A stretch of 64,000 nt of DNA from Lama glama. Its lineage: Eukaryota. The position numbers were made by a program, and so were the translations under genes. The notes under the pieces are model-generated. The model was not told the DNA's origin. It searched no databases and saw only the letters and a program-made list of their open reading frames with translations. Location: contig CM052817.1 in assembly GCA_028534125.1 (NCBI GenBank), positions 89,034,001 through 89,098,000 on the forward strand. Reading direction: 5' to 3'. Positions 24,545 to 38,609 of the stretch are shown here, in pieces. The first letter of the stretch is position 1. Every line of letters begins with the position of its first letter.

Positions 24545-26090
24545 TTTATCCAGCAAATTTATCCGATGGTATTTACTGAGCACCTGCTATGTATGTTAGT
24601 TGCTGGGGATACCATTGTCAAAAAGAGAGACAAGGTTTTTGTCTTTGTAGAGCTTACAGTCTGGTTATGGAGACATAGAAATTAATTACACAAGCATTTA
24701 GGCATAGGATTGCACATTCTGGAGTGGATGTGTAGGAAATGTGTGAAGGAAATGGACAATATTCTAGGAGATAGAACAGCAGCAACTATTTATTTTTTAT
24801 TTTTTATACAATGTTTGAAGGTCACATTCCATTTACAGTTATTACAAAAATACTGGTTATAGTCCCCATGTTGAACAATACATCCTTGTTGTCAATCTTA
24901 AATCCAATAGTTTCTACCTCCCACTCCCCTATGCCTGTATTACCTCTCCTCCACACTGGTTACCACTTTTTGTTTTCTATATCTGTGAGCCTGCTTCTTT
25001 TGTTGTTGTTGTTATATTAAGCAATTTGTTGTATTTTTTAGATTCCACATATAAGTGATATTACATAGTATCTGTCTTTCTCTTTCTGACTTATTTCACT
25101 TAGCATAATGCCCTCCAAGTCCATCCATGTTGCTGCAAATAGTAAAATTTTGTTCTTTTTTATGGCTGAGTAGTATTCCATCATATATATATATCTCTCT
25201 CTCACATCTTCTTTACCTATTCATCTGTTGATGGACACTTAGGTTGCTTTCGTGTGCTTACTTTGACGATTGTAAATTATGCTACTGTGAACATTGAGGT
25301 GCATGTATCTTTTTGAATTAGTGTTTTTGGTTTCTTTGAATATATACTTAGGAGTGGAATTGCTGAGTCATGTGGTAGTTTTATTTTTGTTTTTTTGAGA
25401 AACCTCCATACTGTTTTTCACGATGGCTACATCAGTTTACATTCTCACCAAAAGTGTTTTGAGGATTCCTTTTTCTCCACATCCTGGCCAACATTTGTTA
25501 TTTGTGTTCTTTTTGATTATAGCCATCCTGAGAGATGTGTGATGATAACTCATTGTGGTTTTGAACTCATTTCCCTGATGATTAGCAATATTAGGCATCT
25601 TTTCATGTGCTTGTTGGTCTTCTGCATTTCCTCTTTGGAAAAATGTCTATTCAGTTCTTCTGCTCATTTTTAATTATGTTGTTCATTTTTGCTTATGTTT
25701 ATTTTTGTTGGCTATTAATTCCTTATTGGTCATAGCATTTGCAAATATCTTCTCCCATTCAGTAGGTTGTCTTTTTCATTTTGTTGATGGTTTTCTTTGC
25801 TGTGCAAAACCTTTTAAGTTTAATCAGGTCTCATTGTTTATTTTTGATTTCATTTCATTTACTTTAGGAGACAGCGGGAACTATTTTTAAGCAGGGATCT
25901 ATAATAAGATCAGATTTACATTTCTGCAAGACTATTATGGCTACTAAATGAAGAGGATTGAAAGCCAGCAGAAGTAACAATAAGGGACCAATAATAAAGC
26001 AAATGCAGAAGTGTAGGTAACAGATGAACATCATTGGAATTAGTGTGGTGACAGGCAGTGAAAATAGAAGTGGATAGATAAGCTATCACT
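24545..26090 (-). mobile_element. L2 3' region, split by an L1 insertion
   Basis: tatttactgagcacctgctatgt...tgctggggatac...gagcttacagtctgg on the left. Resumes after 25887 with gatcagatttacattt...gtggtgacaggcagtg. Confidence 0.7.
24792..25870 (-). mobile_element. 5'-truncated cetartiodactyl L1 (ORF2 C-terminus + 3' UTR + polyA)
   Basis: T-rich tail at 24792, then ttagattccacatataagtga...ccatccatgttgctgcaaat. TSD acagcagcaactattt (24776-24791) / acagcgggaactattt (25871-25886), 14/16. Confidence 0.93.
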
Positions 26091-26429
26091 AATGCTGTAA
26101 AAATAAGGCCAGCCTATGAATTTAACCACAGGTAATGAATTTTAGTCTATAGGAAAAAAGTGAAATATAACAGTGTAGAAAGTCCAGTTTGGACAATAGT
26201 AAGATATTACTAAGGACCTTGTGTGCCTAGAGCCATTTAGAATCCTGTGAGTGCTCTGTGTCATTGCAAAGACCAAGTTATATTCTATCTTGGCTTCTTA
26301 TTAGAATATTTTGTTTGAATTAAAGCTGTATACTCCGAGTTGGATACAAACCCCTACTAATTTATTGTTGATATACCACTCATAACTCTCCATGACAAAT
26401 ATATATTCAAATCTATCCTTTCCATTTAA

Positions 26430-27320
26430 CAGCATTCAGTAATATTTTTAATCACCCACAATTTTTCAGGCATTGTGCTCAATGATGATAAAGTGAAGAT
26501 ACACATTATTTTCATCTCTCTCTCTCTAATAGTAAAATCAAATTAATAAACACTAACAATAAAATGTGATGTTCATTGTTATTAGTCTGTAATGATACTT
26601 AATGGAGTAAAATATTTTAAGATGATACAGGGAGAATGAAGAGATAGAAGGCATGCAGAAGGCATGGCAAGTATGTGAAGTTGAAGGGAACCATGAAAAC
26701 AAAAAGAAGTGATAATTTTCCATGGAGAGATATTGCAATTTGCACAGATTCTAGGTGGACAGATAAATAAGAACTGTTGGAATCACTGAAAGAGATTCAA
26801 TAATGTCTGTAGCAAAATATGGCTATGAATAGGTGATTGGGAGTGAGATGAAGATTTTAAGTAGTGAAAGGGAATATTTAGGTACAGTTCAGTTCATTAG
26901 AAGCCATAGAAGCCACGATGAAGGGTATGGACTTGATTCAAAATATAAAAGAATACTACTGAAATATTTCAGGTAGAAATAGCAGTACTTGCATTTTAGA
27001 AATATAACTGAGGCTCTAATGATGATAATGGACATTAAGAGAATCAAAAATGGAATCAGTGTAACTGATTAAGAGGCTATTGAAAAATAACAGGCAAAAG
27101 GTGGTTGATATTGTCTGTTAGGATTGCAAAATTGGATGATGTTTAAAAATACTTAAAATCAAATCAGTAAGCCTTGGTGACAGTTTGAAGTCTTGGGTTA
27201 GTTGGGCTGTTAGGAGAGGAGAAAGCAACTCCCAGTCAAATGTACTCCACAATTTCTGCTGTCCATTCTCTGGTGAAGACGTTGATATGACAGTGGGCTT
27301 GCTTTGTTGGGAAGAAATAA
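26430..27320 (-). mobile_element. L2 fragment
   Basis: cattcagtaatatttt...caggcattgtgctc, ttgcattttagaaatataactgagg and ttaagaggctattg are L2-like motifs. Confidence 0.65.
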
Positions 27321-29229
27321 CATGAAGAAACTTGTTGTGTTAAACACCCAAAGTGTAACTATTCTACACCCATATGAAGGATACAATTTAGGCAGAATCA
27401 GACCTAATGGACTACAAAAAAGTACTCTTTTCAGCACACCAAATACTGGCTGACTCTCCCAAATATTAACTGGCCCTTTCCAAATGTTCCTGTCTGAAAA
27501 CATTTTTCCTTCATATTGAAAAACTTGGTCAGCAAAATATATGGTCTTTATAGGATGTTCACAACAAGAAAGAAAAAATATCAAGGAAGTGAGAGCAAAA
27601 AAGACTACCGATAAACACTGAGGACAAATGCTAAAATGTAGTTTTCCATACTCTGGCAATTATGCAAATCATAAGCAGGTCTCAAAAGCCGATTACATTT
27701 AACTGCAAAATAAATTAGAGAAAGCTAAATAGGTCAGCATTATTAATCTATCATCTGTTCAGGTTCACGAAGTGACAAAGGTGAAAAGTCGAAACTAAAT
27801 TGTTAAATTCTAAGTCTTAAAAGAGTAATTAATTAACAATATTAAGATTATTGTTTCTTTACTGAGTAAAAAAATGGCATTAAGAGGTCATTTGTTTCTT
27901 TGCTTATTAATTCTCTAAAACATACCACAAGATGAGCCCATAAAATCTGTAAAATATAGAATGAAAAACAAGTAACGCTAAGTATATTTAGTTTCAAACT
28001 TCTTGTCCTAGATAGTTGTGTGTTTAGGCTTCTGGTGTAAACCAGAAGGATATGGAAACCAGGGCTTAGCAAGTGGTGGCACAGAAATCAAAGGAAGGAA
28101 ATGATGTAGGAATCATAGAAAAGTTGTAAAAAAAAAAAATTCTCCAGAGCAAGCAGAAGAATTTGCCTAAAATCTATACCTTTAGGTGGAGCCAGGAAAA
28201 TCAAATCTTGCTGGAGGGAACACCAGATAAGCAACAGATTTAAACTTCAAGATGCAAATACACCATAAAGCATGTTAAAAACATGTTTTTTTAGTTCAGT
28301 TAGGTGCTGGAACCACTAAAAAAAAAGTTGGTACAATATATTCTTTGTCTTTAGAAAGCTGAAAGAAGAGATATATTATTTAGAGTAAGGAGGTATTTAC
28401 ATGCTCTTTTAATTGAAGAATGAGTAGCATCAATGGATAGAGTGCAGAACAATTTAGTCTCATCTTTAACCTTCACAATTATTTGCAGTTATTCTGAAGA
28501 GGTTACTTATTATCTTATACCTAAAACTTTTACTCTTCTCTCCATAAAGACCTCTTCCTTTCAGTCAACAGCTGGTCCAGTGTTCTGCTTCTTACATACC
28601 TCTGGGATGTTTGTTATATGATATTGACACAGATGAAGTCAAGCTTATGATCTAAACTAATATTCTACTTTGTCTATTAGTAGTATTGATATATAGGTGC
28701 AGATACTACTTAGTGTGTTTTTAGGATTGTCATGCATTTGAAAACACTTAGAATGTACTAGCATAATGGTAACCATATGGCAAGAATTAGCTAGTCCTTT
28801 TCACCTCTAGATTCATATTCATATTCATTGAAGTGAATTATCTACAATGTCCTCAATTAGTTTAACAAGGTCAATTACTTTAGATTTTCCTCATCAGAAC
28901 TTACCCCTGATCAATTTATTCATTTTTTGTTTTTTTTCTGCCAGTGTAACTGAGATCTCTGTTATGACTACCATAGATTCTGTGCAGATAGTTTGCCAAA
29001 CTCCAAATTTTCCGTATAGCTTATTAAACATAATAAGCTGCAAATAGACTACCAAAGCTCACTTTTTCTCTTCTGTGAGGAGAATGGAAGAAGGATAATT
29101 AATGAAATTAAATATACAGCTTTGCCTACATTGTGGATGGCATCAACCAATTTTTTTATGACATAGTACATAATTCCCTCCTTGAATAAGGGATTATCTA
29201 CAAAATGTAGAGTTATTGGCCTAGTGACA

Positions 29230-30060
29230 TCCTTCTGTGTTCCTTGCAGTGAACATTTAATTTCAATGGTGAAATATAATTTTTGGCACAGAGTTAAGCA
29301 ATCATTTCTTCGTGTTGTATTTAATGATTTCTCCTTTCCCCACAGGTTTGAAATGCCGATTCTGACATAAACTGTCCATTTATTTATTTTGGGACTGCCT
29401 TTTTTCTTTCATTGCTTCATTAATCTGGTCTTCTGTGAATAAACTGATCTCTCAACTATTATCACTTTAGAATTAGTCCCTTTTTGACTTTCATGTGTTG
29501 TGCAAGTCCATTTCACCCCCAACTCATTTCTTGTCAATATTATCTTAGCCATTCTTATTTCTTTGAATGTCTATTTCAATTTTTGCTTATCAAATAATAA
29601 GAGAAAAGAAAAACTTACAGCCATTAGATTGGATTGCTTACTAATTATTTTCTCATCTTATTGTAGATTCTGTGCCCTGCTAATCAGTGCTGATTCAGTG
29701 GTGTTCATAGACAATGTCATCTTTTTCCCTCCCCCTAAAAGAATCTTCCTATGTTCACCATTACATAAGATTTGATCATTATTATAGGTAGCACCTATCT
29801 GACTAAAGAATTTACCTTTTATTCTTCATTTTCTAGGAATTTTAATCAGCAGTGAATGTTGTAATTTATCAAATGTATCAAATACCTGTTCCTAATTTAA
29901 TTAGATAATGCTAAGTATATTTCTCTTCATCTTCTAATGCGATTTATTATGTTTAGTTATTTTATAATGTCAAATGACCCCAGCCTTATCTGAGATAGAC
30001 CCACCTTGCTCCTAACATAGATGGTCATAAAGTAATTGATCATGATCATGTTTATGAATA
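29230..30060 (-). mobile_element. Highly degraded old L1 (L1M5/L1ME) ORF2 fragments
   Basis: T-rich antisense-L1 motifs (ttttctaggaattttaatcagcagtgaatgttgtaatttatcaaatg). Confidence 0.5.
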
Positions 30061-30734
30061 TTTCTCACTCTTCTATATAGACCAAATAAACTAGAATAAA
30101 TAAACCAAAAACACACAGATAACTTCCACAGCAAAGTTGGATAGAAAATTATGGTCATGAACTTGAAACCACTGATTGCCTACATGACATGTGTGGTGTC
30201 TGCAGCAATGCAGGAGAAAGGAAAAGGAAAGCAACTGTTTGTAATGCTGTTAGGTACTGTAGAACCACATATCTGAAAGTGCATTGGAACAATCTGAAAA
30301 TAGCATCTGCTCTATTAGGACCAAATTTTCAAGTCAGAGAACAATGATATGGTAAAATCTAAGTGTATTGGAGCACTTCATACACATAAGCTCCAAAAAT
30401 TAACAGTTTAAGCTCCCCTTCAAGTAAAAGTCTTGCCATCTGGGTGAAACTGGAGAAAAACCCAAATTGTATAGGACAGTCATAGTACAGCGAAGAGAAG
30501 AGAAGGTTCAGATAAAAGCAAGGGAAAGAAATACAGAAAGCAGTTAAAAAGTATGATTTTTTTCCTATTATTTTTCTGAACCCAACAGTTCGTAAAACTC
30601 TAGAACCCTGATTCTAGAAACACTTATCCTAACTCACTCTCCTAAAAGTATAGGGAAACTCAGTGCTCATGAGAAATTAGCAACTGAAAAGGACTGCAAT
30701 CAAATCCCATACAAAGCATTTAGAGGATTAGAAG

Positions 30735-31718
30735 AACGTCTGTTTAGGTCTTCTGCACATTTTTTGATTGGATTGTTTGTTTTTTTGATATTAAGCTATA
30801 TGAGCTGTCTTTATATTTTGTTTTCTCACTTCTAGTATCTGCCGCCTGCTGGGTAAGGCTAGACTAGAGGCTTGTGCAGGTTTCCTGGTAGGAGGAGTCA
30901 GGGCCTGCCCCCTGCTGGGTGGAGCTTGGTCCTGGCCCTCTGGTGGGCAGGGCCATGTCTAGGGGCATGTCTTGAGGCATTTGTTGCTCAGGAAGTCCGC
31001 TGTTGGGTGGGGTTACATTCCCACCCAGTAGGTTGTTTGTCCTGAGGCTTCCCAGCACTTAAGCCTATAGGCTGTTGGGTGGGGCTGGGTGTTACTGCTA
31101 ATGACCCAAGCAAGATGTCAGCTTCCAGGAAAGCTCATGTAGATGAACACTCTCTGAATGTCCACCACCAGCTTTTGGGTCCACAGGGTGAGTCACAGCT
31201 GCCTGCTTCCGCCACCTTCCAAAGAGACCTTCTAAAACCAGTTGGCAGGTCAAGCCTAAGTTCCTATGAAATCACTGCCTCTGCCTTTGGTCCCAGCACA
31301 TGCGAGATTCTGTGTGCACTTCCCAAGAGAGTGAAGTCTCTGTTTCCCCTAGTCCCTTGGAGCTTCTGCAGTTAAGCCCCAGTGGCCTTCAAAACCAGAT
31401 GTTCTGGGGTCTTCTCCAACCTATACTGGAACCCCAGGCTGGGGAGCCTTACATGGGACTCAGAACTCTTACTCCTGTAGGAGGACCTCTGGTTTGTGGG
31501 TCACCCACCCAGGTATGGGACCTGATTATATCATGAGCACACCTTTTCCCACTATCCCACTGTGGTTCCCTCTTTATGTTTCCAGTTGAAGAAGATCTTT
31601 TTTGCTAGGTTCCAGTCTTTTTTCTCAATGTTTGTTTAGCAGTCAGTTGTGGTTTTTTTGTAATCTTGAGGAGACGAGCTTATGGTCCTACTACTCCACC
31701 ATCTTGACCAGAATTCCC
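30735..31718 (-). mobile_element. Cetartiodactyl L1 5' UTR (~900 bp) fused directly to ~85 bp of late ORF2
   Basis: Minus strand starts gggaattctggtcaagatggtggagtagtaggac (L1 5' end, YY1-like aagatgg) and is GC-rich. At ~30820 it jumps to caaaatataaagacagctcatatagc...aatccaatcaaaaaatgtgcagaagacctaaacagac. Confidence 0.85.
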
Positions 31719-31724
31719 AATATA

Positions 31725-32520
31725 GATGCTTTTTTAAGCCATAAAACAGACTAAGATTATGTGAGGAGTGCATATAAACAGAAAAAAGAAGAGATCAAAG
31801 AGGACTGTGTCCTGGCACCAGTGCCATGCCTATCCTTATTAGAGCTTAAGGTAAGAATAAAAATTAGTAATATTGATTCTGGTTTTATTTATAATTAAAA
31901 ATTTTGTTTACCATGGACTTTTTATGTAAATTTTTTAAAAATATTGAAATAATTTTAGCTTTTTTGCTACGCTTCTTGGCACTCTTTAAATTTTGGCCCA
32001 AGATGAGTCAGTCATTTATATCACCATAGTCTCAACCTTGCCTATAAATAAATGAGATCATAAAGTTCATTCTTTTTAAGATAGGAAACAAAGAAGACCA
32101 TGTATTTGCAAGATGGCCAAATGATATCTGTATTCTAAAAGAAATGATACAGTAAAGAGAAAAATGATGGTGTAAGACAGAGAAATGGGGAGAGCACCTT
32201 GAGAAATGTCCTTGAGCAATTATCAGGAATGTGATCCTGTGAACAGCTGTTAGTATTGGCCTTAGCTAGTGACATGGGCTGCTAATGCATTTGGAACAGG
32301 AAAAAAGATGGAATATATGGGAGCAGAAGTGGGAAATGATTTGATATAGCAGTACAAGCTAATCTGTTATCCTCTGATTGCTTCTATTTTCTCTGTGAAA
32401 TAGAAAGTTGGGAGTGTGGATTGTGGAGGAAGTGTCAAAGGAAAAGTAGAAATGATAGAGAAAAAAATGCGAAATAATTATGTTGGCCATGAGGGAAATG
32501 GAAGAAATAATGGGGTAGGG
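31725..32520 (-). mobile_element. L2 fragment split by a hAT MITE
   Basis: ttaagccataaaacagactaagatt...gaagagatcaaagaggactg and ctctgattgcttctattttctctgtgaaatag are L2 motifs. Confidence 0.6.
31819..32040 (-). mobile_element. MER96B-like hAT MITE
   Basis: cagtgccatgcc...agtaatattgattctgg...ccatggactttt...ttaaattttggcccaagatgagt...tcaccatagtctcaaccttg matches the antisense of the remembered consensus. Family name uncertain. Confidence 0.55.
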
Positions 32521-35299
32521 AAGTCTATGTTATGTTCAGCTCCATGGGTGTAGCCACAGAGAAAGTGTCCAAGGAATATCCCATAAAAAATCAAAATTCT
32601 GTTTCAGAGCATGGGATAGATCTCTCCACTGCATTACTCTCAAATAGAAATAAAACAAGATTATACCTATATTTCTATACTATACCTATATTTCTACTTT
32701 TGAAAAGTCCCCCTTTTCCCAGTAAATGCTAACATCTGCCAAGATGCAGCTAACATAGTTGTGAAACTTACTTCAATTCCCAGGTAGAATTAAGTTTCCT
32801 TCCAAAGCAGCTTTATTATCGTGTTGTAGTCCTTTCAAAATTGGTATTTGTCGCATTAAATAAAATTATTTAAAAATGACTAATCAACTCTGTCATTCTC
32901 TCTGACTTATTGAGCAAAACAAATTTATAATAGGAATGAGTTTTATTTATTGATGCTGTTGAAAAAACTAGTGAAGAATGGGACACACTCATTTCTGTTT
33001 AGAATATGTAAAAGCTGGAGTGGTAGATGACCTTTGCAAGTTTCTGGCAGCCATATGATTTTGCATTTCTATTTTGTAGAAAAGTATTCAGAGTAGATTT
33101 CAAACTGTTTTTGAAATGGGTTGATAGCTCATTTTGTGGATGGTTTTGAATGTTGCTCCAGCAGGCAGAATACATTAGCATTCAGCTTAGAAAGGAAGTG
33201 GCAGCACATCTATTTCTGTAATTTCAATGCGAGTAATCAGTTCATTGTGGGGAATAACAGGCTAAGACTTCAAACAAACTTAACTCAAACTGCCTAGCCT
33301 CCTGTTTAGTTGAAAAATTCCCTAACCATGGTGGGTTGGTTCCTGCTTAGAGATTCTGCTCTGAAAAATAAGTGCTTTGCTAATTTTTGCATTGAGTGCT
33401 GTTGCATAACCCATCTCAAGGCCAAATTCAGAGGCAGGTTTGCTTTATAGAGATAGAAAGGAGAAACATTAAATGTCCTTTATACAACTACTGTCTTCTC
33501 CATTTGTGAAAAAAGCTACCTGTGTCTGCCTGTCATCTGTTGTTTACATCCGTTGAATGACCCACACTGGGATCCAAAATTTTTCACCCACATACATTTT
33601 ACTCATTTTTTTCCAGAAACCACTATAGCTTTATTCTCCAGAGATCTGAACCACAATCAGTTCCCTTAAAAGCCTATTTGTATTGCTCTCTTGCTCAGAT
33701 ACAGATATAAAACACTATAATACATCTTTTTTTAACCCAAAGGCAAACATTTGCAGCATGTGTGGTTTGATTAATACCAGATTCTGACTGAGGAATCTGT
33801 GGAGAAGAATATCACATAATCAGATCTCTCTTGCTTAACTTTTCAATAATAAACATATCCATATTATTTTTAGTATGATTCTGAAAACTTTCATGTTTTT
33901 CTACCTGCTCAGAGGCCATGTTCCTAATTAGGAAATTTTTAAATCCTTATTCTGGTTATTGTTATGTTCACTGCAGATAGTATAAAGGGAAGGCTTACAA
34001 AAAATCTGATAATTATTCTATAAAAGCTAAATTATTTTAATATTTCTATTCACAAACATAAAAGTAATTTAAATGCATTATTTCCAATACCTAATTAATT
34101 TTGTAATAAAAATACTGCAGAAGGAAAAAACAAATTATGCTTATTTGGAGGTATGTTTATCTATTTTTTTATTCACTATCATATTTGTAGGAAGTGAATC
34201 TCTACTCAAACTTTTTGTCTCCCAAATGTTCATGGATTTAAGTAGGAAGCAAAGATTTGCTAATTTTTTTAGGTTATTGTTAGTCTCTTCTAATTTTCCA
34301 GTAAAATACAAATATATAGAATTTTAATTTATTGGAAATAATGACCAAAACCTTATTAGAATAACAGTAAGAACTCCTTTGTCTTTAGGAAGAACAAATA
34401 ATTGATGGAAGATCTACCTGGGGAGCATAGGCTATAAAAGTCTGTAAGTTCTTACTTTGAAAAATTTGAGTCTCTCATTTTAGGAATAATACTTAGACAC
34501 TGATTATAGTGAGTATGTGTTTTTGCAAAGAAGTAATAGGTCTGATTTTTGAGAAATATGAAAAAGAGATATCAGCAGTAAGTTATCCTCCAGAGACATT
34601 CGGTAAGCATCAATAAGCATTCCACTCTAGTTGATTGAAATTTGCAAATATTAGAGGCATGTACTATTTCATATTGTGGTGAAGTTAAAAACACCAGTAA
34701 AATGAGAAACAGGCAAAGGAAGAGAACAGGCAGGAGGAGGAGCAAAGCAATTGAAAAATCTGCAACCTGAAGAATTAATTCCTGAGTAATCAAGATTTGT
34801 CTGTACTCTACTGTTAGGAATGGATTTTAGTGCTTATTCAGTTCAAACCAGAACTTTTACTTTTTGTGTCACTAATCTGAAGAGTCAAGTACCAATTTCT
34901 TTATACCATTACTGGTATGTATAACATATAACTGTTTAGCTCATAAAACTAGTATATAATATAATGTCACAGGGAGAATCTGAATAAACTTTAAGAAGTT
35001 CACACAGAAATGAATTTTTGGTGTCCTTTGAGCACTCAGGTATCTGTACTTAGTCCAGATACATTGCTCCAGAATGTCGTGATAAGTAAATTTATTTATT
35101 TTAATCCTGAGATAGTAAGTTGAGTAAAAATTGTGTGTGCATGTGAATTTTCCAATGATGGATCTCATTAGACATTTATATGCCTTTTGCTCACATTGCC
35201 AAGTTATTTTATAAAGGCATAAGATATGTCATGAATGAACTGTACTTTCACAAAGCTAGATATATACCACTCAAAGTTTGGCTAGTTTGTAAATACAGT

Positions 35300-35530
35300 T
35301 AGTTCACTCTTGAACAACATAGAAGTTAGGGGCACTGACCCACCACACTCAAAATCTTTGTACAATTTATATTCAACCCTCTGTATCTTTGGTTCCTCCT
35401 CATCTGCAGTACAGCATCTGAGGATTCAACCAACCCAGGATCCTGTAGTACCATAGTCTTTACTACTGAAATAAATTTGCATATATTGGACCTGGATAGT
35501 TCAAACCTATGGTTTCTCAGGGGTTAACTA
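35300..35530 (+). mobile_element. Tigger2a-type (artiodactyl) TcMar MITE
   Basis: Degenerate TIRs tagttcactcttgaacaac ... gtttctcaggggttaacta. Core gttaggggcactgaccc...ggattcaaccaacc...gtagtaccatag. Confidence 0.85.
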
Positions 35531-36554
35531 TAGTTGGGTTTTTCATTAAATCCCCAAACTCCTCAATAAAAGAAAATGCCTCAATATATTTTCACCAACA
35601 TGTATATACATATGTATGTATGTATGTGTGTGCATCTACACATTCACACATGTATTTATTTATATCCATCCAATCTAAAATGGATCTAATTTACTGATTT
35701 CTCTGTCAAATTACCTAATATATTATTGCTGGGCCTATAAACTTTCTTCCCTTTTTTATTTTGTTTTATTGATTCTTTCATAATCAATCAGTAATTTTTT
35801 CACCGTAGATATGTCTTATGCTCTATTTAGACCAAGCCCAAACCTCCTAGTTACTTTAGTCTGTAATTTCCTATTGCTGAAAAATTACGGGACAAGTGAA
35901 ACTCCAAATCCAGCAGGCTGCATTTTATCAGTGGATCCCATATTGGATATTTTGCTGGTTTAGATGGCAGGCTTATTCTAAAGTTCCCACTAATATTATG
36001 TAATTCCCATATATATTCCCATGAATATTATGTAATTGAATTTCAATCAAAGTGGTTGATAGAACATCAGATAGGACTAAGGCTGTCACATACTTAAATG
36101 TATAAAGAATTTTATTTATTGAAAACCATTTGCACTGATGAATGAGTTTACAAATATTTTGAAATTTTAATGTTCAGAATGTAGTGTTCTAGATCAATTT
36201 TAAAGCCACAAGCCATTCTGAGCATGCCCCATGCCCAAGATCAGGTCAACAAAATAGAAGTATGGTCATTAGGTCATATAACTCCCCATTTTAGGCAAAA
36301 AGTAAATATCTAACTGACTAAACAAACTAGGTAAGAAGGAAGAGCACTTAATTTTGTAGATGCTTTTACAAATCTGAGACAGACTTCCCAAAAGTCCACC
36401 ATTGTCCATCATCTAAAGTTTAGAAATGTATATAATTTGAAATGAAATTAAATGCTCAGATAAGAATATATGTCACTTTTAGGAATCTCCTCACCAACTA
36501 AATCACAAGCAGACCTCTAGCATCTGCTTGAGATTTATGCCTGAGTCCCAAGTT

Positions 36555-36670
36555 GTAAATATACATATATATATATGTATATCTACACACCCATATATAT
36601 CTATACACATGGGTGTATATATGTATATGTAGCTGAATATATCTATATGTGTATGCATACACATATTTAA
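36555..36670. repeat. (TA)/(TG)-rich low-complexity tract
   Basis: atacatatatatatatgtatatctacacacccatatatat... Confidence 0.8.
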
Positions 36671-38609
36671 TATTGATACAAATATAAAACCTCAAAATAA
36701 CTTTCATGTTTGCATTAAATTCTCTGGGTTAGAAACTTTGAATGTCACTCAGTATCTTCCTCCTTACCCCACAATTAGAATATCAAATAACTCAGGACAT
36801 TAATACATGTCTTATGGTTTTAAGAACTGGAACTCTGTAAAATACTAATCATGGAAATCTACTTTTTACATTACAGAAATTGTTACAGATACTAACAGAT
36901 TTAGAAGCTTTATTTCCATTAAGAATAGAACATAAAATTTTCAAAAAAAATAAAACTAATTGACAAACAAGGCTTTAAGAAAAAGGAGTTATTAAATTAG
37001 AAATATTCTTCTCTCTTTTTTCCATTTATAGTTACCTTGACCAATACCAACTCTGGCTTTCCTGCTCCCAAGCCATAAAGGTATGGATTTTTTTTGTCTA
37101 TCTGTTTATCTATCATTCTCTATCTCTTGAGATAATATTTATACATAACTCTGTCTTTAATAGCATATTATGAAATGTATCAAAATGGGACAAGTAGTTG
37201 AATAATTTATATTTACAATTACTATGTTCCTCAAGCTGTTCAAAAAGAGGTGCATATTTGTAATAACAAACTTCTGCATTCTCTATAAATGTTAAGTCAT
37301 TAAAATACCTCCTAGTCAGTGAGAGTTGGCATGAGGTAAGAGCAAAGAAATGTGTTTGAAGAGACACATTTTAAGTTCTGGAATAACGGACTAAATACAT
37401 ACGATAATATTCATGATTCACTGTATATTTTGCTTCTATCCATAATAGACTGTATATGTGCATACAATTTATTTCAAGAAATGATTTGAAAATAGAATAG
37501 AATGTTGAAAAATATTGGTCAGTTATTCATTACATAATTTACCTAAATACTTGCTCTCTACTGCCAAATTAAAGAAAAATAAAGAGCTACTATGTCAGTA
37601 AGTTACCGTATATTTTATTGTTGAATTTAAGACATACACAGAGCTAGCCTCAGGCTCTCCTGATTTTTAGTGACGCCAAGAGTTCTTTAAGGAATAATAA
37701 AATGTACTCTATTCTCAGTGTACTCAGGGTTATTATTCACAGTACTGGTTATACAATACACTCTGCTTTTATGGTTTTCTTTATATTGGCTCCTCCTGTG
37801 CTTTAGAATTCTTTTTTCCACATCTATTTCACTATTTGTTTTCTGTCCCAGAAAGCCTGTAGTTGTTCTGCATGAGATAAGAGGGGAATGTTTTTAAACC
37901 TCCTTTGACTACCAGGAAAAGCAGAAAGCAAGCAATTTTAAAGGAAAAAAAAATCTGTATTTACTCATTGCTTTAAATGTGTATGAAAGAGTTTAAGAGA
38001 CTCTGCACTCAAAGAGTAAATGATTTTTTTTCTGTATCACTCATCAAAAATACTAAATGTTCAAATCTGTGTCCAGTCTTTCTGAGAAACAGGTGGGTAG
38101 CTACAAAAGTAGCCAAAAAGATATGTACCACCTTCTAAGGAATTATTTTAAGGTAGGAATTCAGAAATGTTTTAAGATACTTGAAGTGAAGAAATGAACA
38201 TATATTAAACAATAAAAACTACCAATTATTAAGCATAATATACCATGAACTCTGCGGATCTTGTGTCAACTATGATTCTTTAACGCTTCAGCTAAGACTC
38301 AAATATTCAAAAGTTTGGTCCTGCATAACTTTATGTATTTGACTACACTCCAGATGTTGCTCATATATAATATCTTAGGAGCCAGCATTGAATTTTGACT
38401 GTCTATAACAAGTTAGCACTGTGTGTGATCTTCACTAAGGCAGACCCCTACCACATACCAGCTTAAAACTAGTCTAAGTCCTATTATTTTGTTTGAGAAG
38501 AGTGTTGCCTATTTGGGATGGCGAATGGTGAAGAATATTGTCCAAAATGTGTATGGTGTGGGATACAGTAAATATCCACAAACTCAGAAGACCTTCTTTC
38601 TGAGGTATT

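Noticed and set aside
30810..30830. Spliced L1 (SpIRE-like) junction
   Set aside because: From the remembered consensus the junction is not at GT/AG, and there is no polyA or TSD. A deletion is simpler.
30864..31536. GC-rich ORFs / CpG-island gene promoter
   Set aside because: The sequence is an L1 5' UTR and is CpG-depleted.
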